Made by a program: the position numbers and the translations under genes
The notes under the pieces: model-generated
What the model was told of the DNA's origin: nothing
Databases searched by the model: none
What the model saw: the letters and a program-made list of their open reading frames with translations, nothing else
Part shown: positions 44,340-54,498 of the stretch, in pieces
How positions within the stretch are numbered: position 1 is the stretch's first letter
Layout of the letters: every line of letters starts with the position of its first letter
Source of the DNA: a virus
Lineage: Duplodnaviria > Heunggongvirae > Uroviricota > Caudoviricetes > Herelleviridae
Virus record (IMG/VR): IMGVR_UViG_2974632988_000001
Coordinates: 59,923-123,922 of that record
Strand: one strand, 5' to 3'
Length of the DNA: 64,000 nucleotides

Positions 44340-45410
44340 CTATAAATGTAACATTCTAAAAATAGTTTCTCCTTCGGTGTCAGCCGGAATCGCATTGTTA
44401 ATTCTGTTCCAAGCTTCCTCGTATCCTAAATCATTCGCATCTTTATCGTCTTCACTATACACATAGTAAACAGCTCTATCCGGTTCGAAACTATGAATCT
44501 TAGCAGCTACTTTAATCGATTCTCCCCAACCATCTCTATCCAAGTAAATGTAGATAGGTTGTTTCTTTTTATTGGTTGCTTCCAGTATCGTTTTAATTTG
44601 TTGATTCGATACCTGCTTACCATATGTAACAACTGCACAGTTCCCGATTGTGGTCATATTAAAGAATCCTTCCACGATGACAATCTTATCTTCTTTCCAT
44701 GCGTTGTTGAGATTCATCACTACCGTCGATTTTGAGTACTCTGTCGGCTTCGCTGGGGCGTTTAAACTCTTTATGAATGGTTTAGGGTCTATCGACCTCG
44801 TATTCCAGTATATCGCCTTTCTATGCGGGTCAAACGCAAAGAACACTAGATGATTGATTAATCGAAGTTCTTTATCATCTGACAATCTAGCTATCCCATC
44901 TACAACGTAGGAGATATTATGTTGTTTAATCTGTTCTAACGTAATACCGCGACCATTTAAGTAAGCGAAGAAAGGGAACGCTTCTGGGTTATTAAAGTTC
45001 TCTATGAGTGACTTACAATTAGAAGGTGGATAAGGGCAAGTATATTTCACCTTTACCTCATCCTCTGGAACGTCCCCTTGATTCATGATGTACATGTATA
45101 GCTGTTCTTCCTCTGTTAAATGCGCTCCATACTTTTGATGCGATAAGGATTGGCGATTATATTCCCCAACCTCATAGTCATATGTTTCGAGTATGTCTTT
45201 CGCTTCCGGGAATGTAACTTGGAAATGCTTCATTACGAAGGATACAGGGTTACCTTTCTCTCCGCACACTTTACATTGCCATAACCCTGTTTCATCATGT
45301 ACATAAAACTTATACTTGGTATTACCGCAAAACTGACAATTAAATCTTGTCTCTCCGCCTGATGCTGGTTTATTGTCTCCTAGCTCCTGATAAAGTAAAT
45401 CTAGAAACAT
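44340..45410 (-). CDS. DnaG-type DNA primase (zinc finger plus TOPRIM)
   Basis: CQFCGNTKYKFYVHDETGLWQCKVCGEKG zinc ribbon; IVIVEGFFNMTT and YIYLDRDGWG TOPRIM. Confidence 0.8.
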   Translation of the reverse strand: MFLDLLYQELGDNKPASGGETRFNCQFCGNTKYKFYVHDETGLWQCKVCGEKGNPVSFVMKHFQVTFPEAKDILETYDYEVGEYNRQSLSHQKYGAHLTEEEQLYMYIMNQGDVPEDEVKVKYTCPYPPSNCKSLIENFNNPEAFPFFAYLNGRGITLEQIKQHNISYVVDGIARLSDDKELRLINHLVFFAFDPHRKAIYWNTRSIDPKPFIKSLNAPAKPTEYSKSTVVMNLNNAWKEDKIVIVEGFFNMTTIGNCAVVTYGKQVSNQQIKTILEATNKKKQPIYIYLDRDGWGESIKVAAKIHSFEPDRAVYYVYSEDDKDANDLGYEEAWNRINNAIPADTEGETIFRMLHL

Positions 45411-45419
45411 TTAAATCCC

Positions 45420-46019
45420 TCACTCTTCTAATCGTCTGTATAGGTTAAGTAGAGTGTAAACCTCTCCTAATAGTTCAAGTTGGTATAATTCTGTTTCCGT
45501 AGCATATTTATAAATTAGCTCGTCCGTAAACTTTGGAAATCCTAAGTTCACATTAATATCGAAGTTATTATTCTTTCCTTCTTCAAATATGTATTTTTTA
45601 ACTAGGTGCTGCTTAATGGACTCAATCGTTTCCAGTACACGACAGATACCGACCTTCGGGTCTGTTAATAATACTTTCTCTTCGCTTACCTCGATTAAGT
45701 TATTCTCTTCCGCCCACTTTACAATCTTCGTGTTACGATTATGTACTGTCTTGTTATACGGAACGCCTTTTTTTAATGGAAGCGCTTTCGCTTGCTTCGT
45801 TGATTTTACATCGTATAAGTCTCGTTTGTATGTACCGTCTTTTACTAGATACATAATATCTTTAGATGTTGAATACTTGTATGTATAATTAATATTGAGT
45901 GGGTACCACTTTAATAGCTCCCGGTATGGTAATAAGATTTCTTTTGTTTCTTCTTTGTCTTGTGAAGTAGTCTCTAAGATGACTAGAACCTCTTCCTCAC
46001 TAAATTTCACTACTTTCAT
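45420..46019 (-). CDS. hypothetical protein
   Basis: 199 aa ORF. Confidence 0.55.
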   Translation of the reverse strand: MKVVKFSEEEVLVILETTSQDKEETKEILLPYRELLKWYPLNINYTYKYSTSKDIMYLVKDGTYKRDLYDVKSTKQAKALPLKKGVPYNKTVHNRNTKIVKWAEENNLIEVSEEKVLLTDPKVGICRVLETIESIKQHLVKKYIFEEGKNNNFDINVNLGFPKFTDELIYKYATETELYQLELLGEVYTLLNLYRRLEE

Positions 46020-47905
46020 GCAATTTGTTTCCCCCTTTTGATTGTTGAAATTCCTTGTTTGTCTTTTGTAATTGTAATAACTTTCTCGAATAGCGCTTTG
46101 AAGTGCGCGTTTTGAGTTATAACGAATATAGTTGGTATGGTTTTCACTCGTTCTTTTAACAACTCAATCGTACTTTCTACACCAACCTCATCTAATGCAT
46201 CGAATACCTCATCATATACAATGAAGTTCGTATTTTCTAAGATTAAATCTTGTAACGCAAGAGAGATAGATAAGTCTGCTCGTTTCTTTTCTCCTCCCGA
46301 TTGTGCTTTGTAATCATCTCCACCTACCGTATTGATAATCTGCACATCGAATTTGTCAGAGTATGTACCATCTTTCTTCTTCGTTCTCGTACTAAACACT
46401 AGCTCCATGTTCTCGCCAGCTAATTGTTTTAAGTACTTGTTACCTCTTTGGTTAAGCTCTGGTGTAATGAAGTCTAGTACGTGGGATTTAACTCCTTCGT
46501 TCGAGTAAACCTTAACTACATCTTCGTCCTCTTTCTTCGCTAATTCTAAGGCTACTAGCTCCTTCTTAGCGACGTTAATCGCCTTGTTAATAATTTCCCT
46601 TTCCTTATCTCTTGAAACAGGCTCAGGGACGTTCTGGAGCTTCTTAATTGTCTCTTTAACAACTTCCACATTACTCTTGAGTTGTCTAAGGTTAATTTCA
46701 TATGTACGAATATAATCTTCATCTCTGTTAATCTCTGTTGTGATTTCACGCTGTCTTTGAACGACTGTTTTCTGCTCTACTAATTTCTCATCGTAGCGCG
46801 CTCTCGCTTCATTAACAGCATCTATGTATGGTTGTTTCGTTTGTTCTATTTGCTGGATACCCAACATAACAGGGCGTAGTTCATTTTTTATATTCTCTTG
46901 TTCTGCAATCTTATGACTGTTATCCATAGGAGTTCCACAGACTGGACAGTTATCACTAAAACTTAAGCTCTTGTATCTCTTAACTAAGTCTGTTTTCTGT
47001 CGTTCTAAATCTCGTTGTTGGTTTTCGATTTCATTTAGCGCTCGGTGCGCTCTATTAAACTCCGCTTCTTCTACAGACATGTCGATATTAGAAAGCTCAT
47101 CTAACTTCTTATTCAGAGCTACAATGTTATCTCTCTTCTGTTCTACAAAACCGAAGTACTTAGCTGGGTAATCATTTTGCAACTTAATAACATCTGCTAG
47201 TTGCTTTTGTTCCTCTTTTAACATATCCTTCGTAGTTTCGTAGTTCTTGATGTCTTGTTCCTCTAGCTTGTCTACTTGTTCTAAGTCCCACTCTAAACGT
47301 TCAATCTCACGTTTCTTCGCTTCGATTCTTTCAATAGCTTCTTTTACTTTCTTCTTCGCTATCTCCTGTGCGGTAGAGTAGATGTCTAAGTTTAGTAAAC
47401 TATCTAGAATTTCTTTCTTTCTAGCATCCGTTAAAGATGCAAAAGCACCTAACCCTTCACCTTGAGCAAATAAGATACTGTTGATGAATGTTAAGTGTGA
47501 TATTTTTAACAGTTTTTCAATTTCCGCGTTCGTATCATCATTCGATTTAGCAGTAATATCTATATCATTTCTGAACAATCGAACTTTATTATCGTGTAAA
47601 GCATGCTTTCGATATCGTTCAATTCTGTATGTATCTCCATCTAGTTCACCAATTAAGGCAACCATTGTATTCTTTTTCGTTTTATTATTAACTACTGCAT
47701 CACCTTTAAGTCCTTTAGATGTCTTGTTATACAAACACCATGTAATTGATTCCGGAATTAAGGATGACTTACCAGCTCCGTTACTAGCGAACTTCTCATC
47801 ACTAGTGTTCTCTCCTTCGATTAAGATAAGACCTTGATTATCTAAATCAATTTCCGCATCGTTAATCGCCAGAAAGTTCTGAACTATTAACTTGTCCCAC
47901 TTCAC
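46016..47905 (-). CDS. SbcC/Rad50-like ATPase (gp46-like recombination nuclease subunit)
   Basis: Walker A NGAGKSS, long coiled coil with CPVCG zinc hook, Walker B IVYDEVFDALD. Confidence 0.8.
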   Translation of the reverse strand: MKWDKLIVQNFLAINDAEIDLDNQGLILIEGENTSDEKFASNGAGKSSLIPESITWCLYNKTSKGLKGDAVVNNKTKKNTMVALIGELDGDTYRIERYRKHALHDNKVRLFRNDIDITAKSNDDTNAEIEKLLKISHLTFINSILFAQGEGLGAFASLTDARKKEILDSLLNLDIYSTAQEIAKKKVKEAIERIEAKKREIERLEWDLEQVDKLEEQDIKNYETTKDMLKEEQKQLADVIKLQNDYPAKYFGFVEQKRDNIVALNKKLDELSNIDMSVEEAEFNRAHRALNEIENQQRDLERQKTDLVKRYKSLSFSDNCPVCGTPMDNSHKIAEQENIKNELRPVMLGIQQIEQTKQPYIDAVNEARARYDEKLVEQKTVVQRQREITTEINRDEDYIRTYEINLRQLKSNVEVVKETIKKLQNVPEPVSRDKEREIINKAINVAKKELVALELAKKEDEDVVKVYSNEGVKSHVLDFITPELNQRGNKYLKQLAGENMELVFSTRTKKKDGTYSDKFDVQIINTVGGDDYKAQSGGEKKRADLSISLALQDLILENTNFIVYDEVFDALDEVGVESTIELLKERVKTIPTIFVITQNAHFKALFEKVITITKDKQGISTIKRGKQIA

Positions 47906-48108
47906 TTATTTCGTACCTCCTCACACTCTATGTAGTATTCTTGGATTTCCCTTACTAAATCAGATATGTATTTGTGGTCGTGGTAATCCCCTGTAAGTCT
48001 GGAGTACCATTTCTTATTACAATCATCGTAAAAAACCGTTTCTTTTCCGTAAAACGTATCAATGAAGTCTTTTAGAATCTGTTTGTACTTTCCATTAACC
48101 TTACTCAC
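47902..48108 (-). CDS. hypothetical small protein
   Basis: 68 aa; GTG start with AGAGGAGGAG RBS; own promoter. Confidence 0.45.
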   Translation of the reverse strand: MSKVNGKYKQILKDFIDTFYGKETVFYDDCNKKWYSRLTGDYHDHKYISDLVREIQEYYIECEEVRNK

Positions 48109-48137
48109 ATTTCTCCTCCTCTTCTAGTAATAAGTAA

Positions 48138-48166
48138 ATCTTACCATGATACCATAAGTTTGTCAA
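48138..48166 (-). promoter_or_regulatory. sigma-A-type promoter TTGACA-17-TAAGAT
   Basis: rc of tgtcaa 48161-48166, atctta 48138-48143. Confidence 0.5.
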
Positions 48167-48193
48167 TAAAAAAAGAGACTATTACTAGTCTCC
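48167..48193 (-). terminator. rho-independent terminator (GAGACTA/TAGTCTC plus U8)
   Basis: Inverted repeat 48175-48181/48186-48192 plus A-run 48167-48174. Confidence 0.65.
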
Positions 48194-49287
48194 TAAACAT
48201 TTAATGTTTGTGCTTCTCGTAAGACTGCTAGAGCCTTATCTTGTACGTTTGTGTAGAACTTGTTTGTATATTCTTTGACAATATCCGCTTCACTGGAACC
48301 CACTTCAATGTCGATACGTAAGTCTGCTTTGTATTCTTTTTGTACTTCTACACGAATGGTGTCGGACGATTCTTTGAATACTTCAATCTCTGTCGCTAGT
48401 TCCTGCGGGATGATGAACCGGACGTAGTTGTTATCTACAATCTCTTGCGTATTCTCATCTACACCTTTTAGCGTGATAAATTTCTTGTTTTCGATTGGGA
48501 TGAACTCCGGCTTACCCTTCTTCTCCACATCAATTAGGAATACACCTTTGTCTTGTCCCTCATCGGAGAAACTTTCTTGTATTGTGTTACCGACATAGAA
48601 TGCGTTGTCTAGCCCGCCTAAGAACTGTCGCTTGTGGTAGTGACCTAGTGTAACATAAGTGAATACATTAGGGTAAAGTTCACTAATATTAAACGCTCCA
48701 CCAAGCCTATGCGAATGCTGCCCTGTTTCACTTCCGTCCACTCCTAAATGCGCCATTAAAATTGTAGGTTGCACCTTACCTTCTGCATGTTCCGCAAACT
48801 CATTAATTTTATCCTTTAAGAATGACACATTATCAGAATACGAAATAGGATACAGTACGGTTGAGCCTGTGTAGACTGGTTCGAAATCATCCATAACTGT
48901 TACACGAGGAATCGCTTTAAAGTTTTCTAAGCTATGTTCCGGGAAGTCACTAGAATCTGCTTGGTCATGATTACCTACAATCATGTACAGTTTGATATCC
49001 GGATACTTCATCATGTTATCATAGATTGCATTAAACCCTAGATTATATACTAGAGTCGTAATGCGGTTTCTTGCATGGAAGTAATCTCCATCGAATAGTA
49101 CGTCTGCATTGTTTTCGTGAGCTATTTCAAATACTCTGTTAATTGTATTCAATTGTGCTAGTAATCTGTCGGTAATTTGAATCTCTTTACCTTTGTATGT
49201 ATATGTTACAGGCTTCGCAAAGTTCTCGAAGTTATGCCAATGGAAATCGGAAAATACTATGAACTTAGTACGCAAACTTAGTTTCAC
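48193..49287 (-). CDS. SbcD/Mre11-like nuclease (gp47-like)
   Basis: FIVFSDFHWH, GNHD, metallophosphatase motifs; directly upstream of SbcC-like gene. Confidence 0.75.
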   Translation of the reverse strand: MKLSLRTKFIVFSDFHWHNFENFAKPVTYTYKGKEIQITDRLLAQLNTINRVFEIAHENNADVLFDGDYFHARNRITTLVYNLGFNAIYDNMMKYPDIKLYMIVGNHDQADSSDFPEHSLENFKAIPRVTVMDDFEPVYTGSTVLYPISYSDNVSFLKDKINEFAEHAEGKVQPTILMAHLGVDGSETGQHSHRLGGAFNISELYPNVFTYVTLGHYHKRQFLGGLDNAFYVGNTIQESFSDEGQDKGVFLIDVEKKGKPEFIPIENKKFITLKGVDENTQEIVDNNYVRFIIPQELATEIEVFKESSDTIRVEVQKEYKADLRIDIEVGSSEADIVKEYTNKFYTNVQDKALAVLREAQTLNV

Positions 49288-49831
49288 CTCGCTCTAGGTA
49301 TATACCTGCATTATAGTAATCTTTAATCTCCCAGAACGGGACAGGTGTATAATGCGTATGTTCTGTGCAAACACAGAAATGAACTCCGCGGTCTAACCCT
49401 TCTGTCATGCTATGTACGTGACCATGAATGTTAGCTTGCATGTCTGTTTGGCTTTGCGCTACTTCTAACATTTTCGCGTTAAGTGGGTAATGAGAGAATA
49501 GGTAATCGTCTAAGTATAAGTAGTTTCGTAGGTCAAACCCCATCTTAGCGTACTTCGCTTTACTGAATGAATCGTGATTACCTTTGACAAGAATCTTACG
49601 CCCATTAAGACGTTTAGCGATTTCTTCTGCTTTCTTAGCTCCGCATAGGAATAAGTCTCCTACATGAATAACTAGGTCATCCTTCTTAACTTCTCTATTC
49701 CAATTTTCAATGAGCGCTTCATCCATTTCGTCTACATCTTTAAATGGTCTATCCTCGTATGGAATAATGTTTCTATGTCCAAAATGCGTATCGGACGTTA
49801 CGTGAATTTCCGGTAGGTAAATAAAATTCAT
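49265..49831 (-). CDS. PPP-family-like metallophosphatase (lambda-PPase-like)
   Basis: VTSDTHFGH, VIHVGD, GNHD, HGHVH. Confidence 0.65.
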   Translation of the reverse strand: MNFIYLPEIHVTSDTHFGHRNIIPYEDRPFKDVDEMDEALIENWNREVKKDDLVIHVGDLFLCGAKKAEEIAKRLNGRKILVKGNHDSFSKAKYAKMGFDLRNYLYLDDYLFSHYPLNAKMLEVAQSQTDMQANIHGHVHSMTEGLDRGVHFCVCTEHTHYTPVPFWEIKDYYNAGIYLERGETKFAY

Positions 49832-49842
49832 TTAGTTCCCCC

Positions 49843-50064
49843 CTATAGTTCCTCTATAATTTTAATTAGCTTAATATCTTCTTCGTTAACAACTGTACCA
49901 TCATCACATTCTACATGCTCATAGTACTCTAGATGTTTATAAAACTCCTCTAGCATAGTTCTTGTAGAACGCCATCCTTTTAATGTGAGCTTACCTATGC
50001 AAGTTCTTCCATCACTACAAAACTCTAGTACAACCTTTTCTCTACGCTTAAGTGTAACACTCAT
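49843..50064 (-). CDS. hypothetical small protein
   Basis: 73 aa ORF. Confidence 0.45.
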   Translation of the reverse strand: MSVTLKRREKVVLEFCSDGRTCIGKLTLKGWRSTRTMLEEFYKHLEYYEHVECDDGTVVNEEDIKLIKIIEEL

Positions 50065-50223
50065 TTATTCTCCTCCTTTATGAACTGTAAAATCTTTTCA
50101 TACGCGTGTATCTGACCATCGAAATACTTAATCCATGATTCATCATAAATACTTACCTTTGCACTCGCATGCGCTTCTACTAGCAAGTCTTGTACTTTCT
50201 CAACAACATCTTCTGCGTACATA

Positions 50224-51690
50224 TTATTGTCCTCCTCTGATTGCTTGGTTTATTTCTTGGCTAAAGTCCGGCATAGGAACCTTACCACTATTACCTCCAG
50301 CTTTCTTAGCTTTAAACAGGTTGTCCCTTGCTTGGTCAACCGCTTCCAAGATAGCTCTATGTTCTTTCTCTTCACTTGAATTTTGTATGTACTCTCTCAC
50401 TACTTGCTGATTACCGATAACCTTAAAGCCTAGCATCTTATCATATGCACCTTCTGGTGGGTTACGTACCTTATCCGCGTATAGCCGTAGGAATCCAGCG
50501 TTGTACTCTTCTGGGGTCTGGTTGACTACTAGAACAAGTTCAGCAGCATTCTTTTTACGGAGTGAACCTTCCATATGTTCTGATGTTCTGATTAATGCAT
50601 TGTAAGCTGTACGGTTTAACTGGGAAGCTGTCCACATTACTACGTCGAAGTCTTGTCCAATACGACGCATCTCTTCAAATAGCTTACCGCCATCATCCGC
50701 CTCATTACCTGTTGCATGTGGATTACGTAGCAGTTCTGGATAATCGACAATAACTACGTCAATCTTAACCCCTTGACGAATTAGTAAATCAGAGATTAAT
50801 TGTTCAATCTTAGCTGGTGTAACTTTACGAGGCGAATAACGAGCCAAGAATAAGTTACCAAATAGATGTCGGTTTTTCTTGTATAGGGCTTGTCTCTTCT
50901 CGAATTTTTCCATGTTAAGTGTAGAGCCATCTAAGATGTCCCCTCTGGTTTGTCGTAACATTGATTGCTCTAGTTTTAATACCATTCGGTTCTTTAATTC
51001 CTCTAGGGCAATGAATAATACGTTGTAACCTTGCTTAACATAGTTCGTTGCTAAGTTGGTCATCATTAATGTTTTACCTGTACCAGACATAGCAGCAATA
51101 AGACCTAACTCACCTTTAGCTAGTCCACCACTGTTCAATAGGTCAATAGATTTAAAACCAGTTGGTACGGTATTACCATCTAAAGATGATAGCGCCATTC
51201 GTTTATATTCCGCATCATCAATTACGTTAATAATCTCGTCATTACGACCAGAAATATCTAGTAACATGATTTTACGGAACTCGTCTTCCAATGTATCTTG
51301 GAATGCTTCATCATTAATTTTTAATGCAGCTTTCTTAAGTAATTCTAATCGCATTTGTTTCTTTATGTATTTTTCGATTTCCTCATCAATCAAAGCGTCA
51401 TCGTGGCTGTCTCGAATCTGGTATAGCTCACTAACTTTGTTGAAGTACTGCTGTTGTTCATCTGCACTTTTCTTAAGTCTATCAAGTTTTGCTTCTAGTA
51501 AAGTTACTAGTGCGCTCTCTGTGATGACACTAGAATTTGATTGGTAGTATCGTCGTACAATCTGTGTAATCTCTTTATAGATTTCTACGTTTTCGAAGAT
51601 TGACATCGGTACTACTGGTAGAACCTCCTTCGAGAATACTGGAGATTCAATTGCTTTGCGGAGTATTTCCTTCATAATCGGTTTTTCCAT
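50224..51690 (-). CDS. DnaB-like replicative DNA helicase
   Basis: Walker A AAMSGTGKT, RecA-like C-terminal domain, 488 aa. Confidence 0.8.
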   Translation of the reverse strand: MEKPIMKEILRKAIESPVFSKEVLPVVPMSIFENVEIYKEITQIVRRYYQSNSSVITESALVTLLEAKLDRLKKSADEQQQYFNKVSELYQIRDSHDDALIDEEIEKYIKKQMRLELLKKAALKINDEAFQDTLEDEFRKIMLLDISGRNDEIINVIDDAEYKRMALSSLDGNTVPTGFKSIDLLNSGGLAKGELGLIAAMSGTGKTLMMTNLATNYVKQGYNVLFIALEELKNRMVLKLEQSMLRQTRGDILDGSTLNMEKFEKRQALYKKNRHLFGNLFLARYSPRKVTPAKIEQLISDLLIRQGVKIDVVIVDYPELLRNPHATGNEADDGGKLFEEMRRIGQDFDVVMWTASQLNRTAYNALIRTSEHMEGSLRKKNAAELVLVVNQTPEEYNAGFLRLYADKVRNPPEGAYDKMLGFKVIGNQQVVREYIQNSSEEKEHRAILEAVDQARDNLFKAKKAGGNSGKVPMPDFSQEINQAIRGGQ

Positions 51691-51728
51691 ACTACATAAA
51701 TTCCCCCTCTTGTTTTTAGAATATTACT

Positions 51729-51757
51729 ATTCTATCAAATTTTGTGCTAAAAGTCAA
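51729..51757 (-). promoter_or_regulatory. sigma-A-type promoter TTGACT-17-TAGAAT for the DnaB-like helicase
   Basis: rc of agtcaa 51752-51757, attcta 51729-51734. Confidence 0.55.
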
Positions 51758-51762
51758 GAAGA

Positions 51763-53502
51763 TTACAGCTCTGATGCAATAATGTCATCCAGTTCTGTAG
51801 TCTTATGATAAGCACCTTGAATCATGTTGTACTCACTCTTTACTGTAAACTTTTCTAAATCGTAGTCTGCTACTTCATTTGCTGATTGGAATACTTTTAC
51901 TAGTTGCTCTACATCTAGGAATGAGTAGTCATTTAACGGGATGTTGTGTCGTCCGTATTCTTTGAACGCATCCTGTAGTTCTTTTAATGACATGTGTAAC
52001 CCTTTACGTTGTTCAATTAATCGTAAAGTAAATCGGTGGTCAATCGTATCTGTTAAACGTAAGAATGTACGTCCACCATAATTGTACTGTTCTTGCTTTG
52101 TTGCATTAGGTAATAACAACTCTCCTAAGAATGTCGCTGATTTCATATGTACTTCGTAGTTGCTCATAGTTGGCTGCGGGATACTCGCTAATGCGATACG
52201 TACCATCTCGGAGCCAAGAATAACATTCTCTGGTAATCCTGATTTACCGTATAAATGCATAACGGCTTGTGTTGTAATGAACTTCTTAATAATTGTTTGT
52301 GATTTCTTTGATACACCCTGTTTCTTCATGTTCTCCATCGTGTAATCGTAGAAGTCCACTAAAGCGAATGTTGTGTCATCACTTTCTGCTGTGCGGAATA
52401 ATTCTCGGTATGCTTGCGTATGACTAAGAATACCATTACCTTTATCTGCTGTTTTGTAAGCGTCATCAAGAGCCATAATAATCGGGTCATCTGCAAAATC
52501 TTTCTTTAGTTCCGAACCTTGAAGTTTCATGATGTGTTTAGATTTCTGGAAACTCTCCTCACGCTTATACACTTCATAGCTCCCCTCACTCATTAACGCA
52601 TTAGGGAATGGTTTAGCACTCTTTACATTGGATTTAATTGTTGCAGAATAAGTGGAGCGATTGAATTGCGCTGTTAGATATACAGCCGGGTTAATTGCAT
52701 TCTCTGTACAGAAGTCCACGAACTTGACAAAGTGTTCCCAGTTAATTGTCCCCATAAATTCTTTCTCAAGTACATCGAAGTCTGGTTGTACTTCCGGTAC
52801 TTTGTATCCTACTTTCTCCTCCGATTTATCGTAAAAGTAGTTCGTACTCTTAGCGAATAAGTAGGCATAGCGATTGTACATACGAGAGATTAAGTATGCT
52901 TTGTAATTATGTACTGGAGCATCTGTCTTTTGGAACCAGTCCCATGAAGGGAATATCTTCTCTGCTAGTTCTGCATTAAGCTCATCTACACGTTGCTGTT
53001 TCTCGCTACGTAATAGTTTATCCTCTAGCATTTGTTGTTTTGTTCTACGGTTCCGCTTGTTCGGTTTCTCTTTCTTCGGCTTTTTAGGATATACCTTTTT
53101 CACGATATCTTTAATATCCGTATCCAGAGTATTAACGTCGTCGGAGTTAATAAGCGCTTTCCCCGAAGTATCGAATTTGACAAGAAGTTCGTTAAAGCGC
53201 ACAACGCAACCTTTACCTCTTCCGCGTTCTCCACCAACTTCAACAATTCCGCTAGTTTGTAATTCTTTAAGATGGCTAGATACAGTTTTCACGTCCTTAC
53301 CTAGCTCTTTAGCTAAATGTGTTTTTTTAAACGTAACCACGTTATCAACAGTGTTTTTAGCTTTGGTAATCAAATTTGTTAAAACGTCTAATAGTTTAGT
53401 GTTGATATTAACTAGCGAATAGTCAATAAATACTCCTTTCGACGTTAATTCCGATACTGTTGTCATACTCCACTTCTCCTTTGCATAAGTTTTAGTAAAC
53501 AC
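51763..53502 (-). CDS. putative replication protein with N-terminal winged-helix (origin-binding/helicase-loader candidate)
   Basis: KTVSSHLKELQTSGIVEVGGERG wHTH; position between DnaD-like gene and DnaB-like helicase. Confidence 0.45.
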   Translation of the reverse strand: MFTKTYAKEKWSMTTVSELTSKGVFIDYSLVNINTKLLDVLTNLITKAKNTVDNVVTFKKTHLAKELGKDVKTVSSHLKELQTSGIVEVGGERGRGKGCVVRFNELLVKFDTSGKALINSDDVNTLDTDIKDIVKKVYPKKPKKEKPNKRNRRTKQQMLEDKLLRSEKQQRVDELNAELAEKIFPSWDWFQKTDAPVHNYKAYLISRMYNRYAYLFAKSTNYFYDKSEEKVGYKVPEVQPDFDVLEKEFMGTINWEHFVKFVDFCTENAINPAVYLTAQFNRSTYSATIKSNVKSAKPFPNALMSEGSYEVYKREESFQKSKHIMKLQGSELKKDFADDPIIMALDDAYKTADKGNGILSHTQAYRELFRTAESDDTTFALVDFYDYTMENMKKQGVSKKSQTIIKKFITTQAVMHLYGKSGLPENVILGSEMVRIALASIPQPTMSNYEVHMKSATFLGELLLPNATKQEQYNYGGRTFLRLTDTIDHRFTLRLIEQRKGLHMSLKELQDAFKEYGRHNIPLNDYSFLDVEQLVKVFQSANEVADYDLEKFTVKSEYNMIQGAYHKTTELDDIIASEL

Positions 53503-53548
53503 GCTCTTAGGGTGTATACTTCTAGTATAACATATTTTCAGAATTGAA

Positions 53549-54376
53549 TCAATTTTCCGCCATAAATTCTTTGTCGAAATAGAACTTAGACATTAACTTA
53601 TCCACAATGCCGTTAAAGTACGCAAACATAGACTTCTTGATTTTTACACCACTCTTGTATTTCATCACGTATTGCTTGATTGCAGTTAAACCAATGTGTA
53701 GCTCTTGTTCTTTAGTGAATAACTTTTCACCGTTTACAGGTCTATTATTCTGGCGAACTACTTTCCATAGCTCTTCGATTTCTTTTGCCTTAGAAAAATA
53801 TGAATTTGATAATTCAGTGAAACGTGCTGGTACCCAGTGTGCTACAAATTCTGCATTCTTAATATTATTAACGGTATTAGTATTATTATGTATAACTGTA
53901 CGTTCTTTATATGTATTAAGATTATTTGTTTTAAGGTTTTTAGTAGTTGTTTTACTCGGACTTTTTTCTTCCGTTTTCACCACTTCCTTGTTGGACGAAT
54001 CTGTTTTAAATGGCTGGATAATCACAGCGTTCGATGTCTGGTACATATTCGAGCGACGCTTCATTGCGTACTCTTTAATGAATCCCATATCTGCTAATCG
54101 AATCATTAATCGTTGGATTGTTTTGTAGCTCAAGTCCAGCTTGTCCGCTAAGTTGTTCTTACTAAGGAAGCTAACTCCTAAGTACTTACAGCTATGACGC
54201 TTCAACAGGTCTATTAATCTTAAAAGATTCTTTTGTAAATCCTTTCGCTTAACCTCTTGTTTAATTACATCCTTGTATGTACGAACCGTTACGTTTAAAT
54301 CTTCTAAATCAGAAAACGACTCCAGATTCTTGTACGTTTCCTCTTCTGCTATTAAAATGATTGCCTCTCTTGCCAT
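53549..54376 (-). CDS. DnaD-like/HTH replication initiation protein (putative)
   Basis: LSKNNLADKLDLSYKTIQRLMIRLADMGFI wHTH; consensus promoter TTGACT-17-TATAAT upstream. Confidence 0.45.
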   Translation of the reverse strand: MAREAIILIAEEETYKNLESFSDLEDLNVTVRTYKDVIKQEVKRKDLQKNLLRLIDLLKRHSCKYLGVSFLSKNNLADKLDLSYKTIQRLMIRLADMGFIKEYAMKRRSNMYQTSNAVIIQPFKTDSSNKEVVKTEEKSPSKTTTKNLKTNNLNTYKERTVIHNNTNTVNNIKNAEFVAHWVPARFTELSNSYFSKAKEIEELWKVVRQNNRPVNGEKLFTKEQELHIGLTAIKQYVMKYKSGVKIKKSMFAYFNGIVDKLMSKFYFDKEFMAEN

Positions 54377-54410
54377 TTATTACAACTCCTTTACTATTAG
54401 TACAAGCGTT

Positions 54411-54439
54411 ATTATACTAGTAAAAAAAGAGCTAGTCAA
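54411..54439 (-). promoter_or_regulatory. consensus sigma-A promoter TTGACT-17-TATAAT
   Basis: rc of agtcaa 54434-54439, attata 54411-54416. Confidence 0.6.
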
Positions 54440-54498
54440 TAGACTAACCCTTAAAATTTACCTCGGACATTATTTCCCGATACGAGTATAGTATACTG

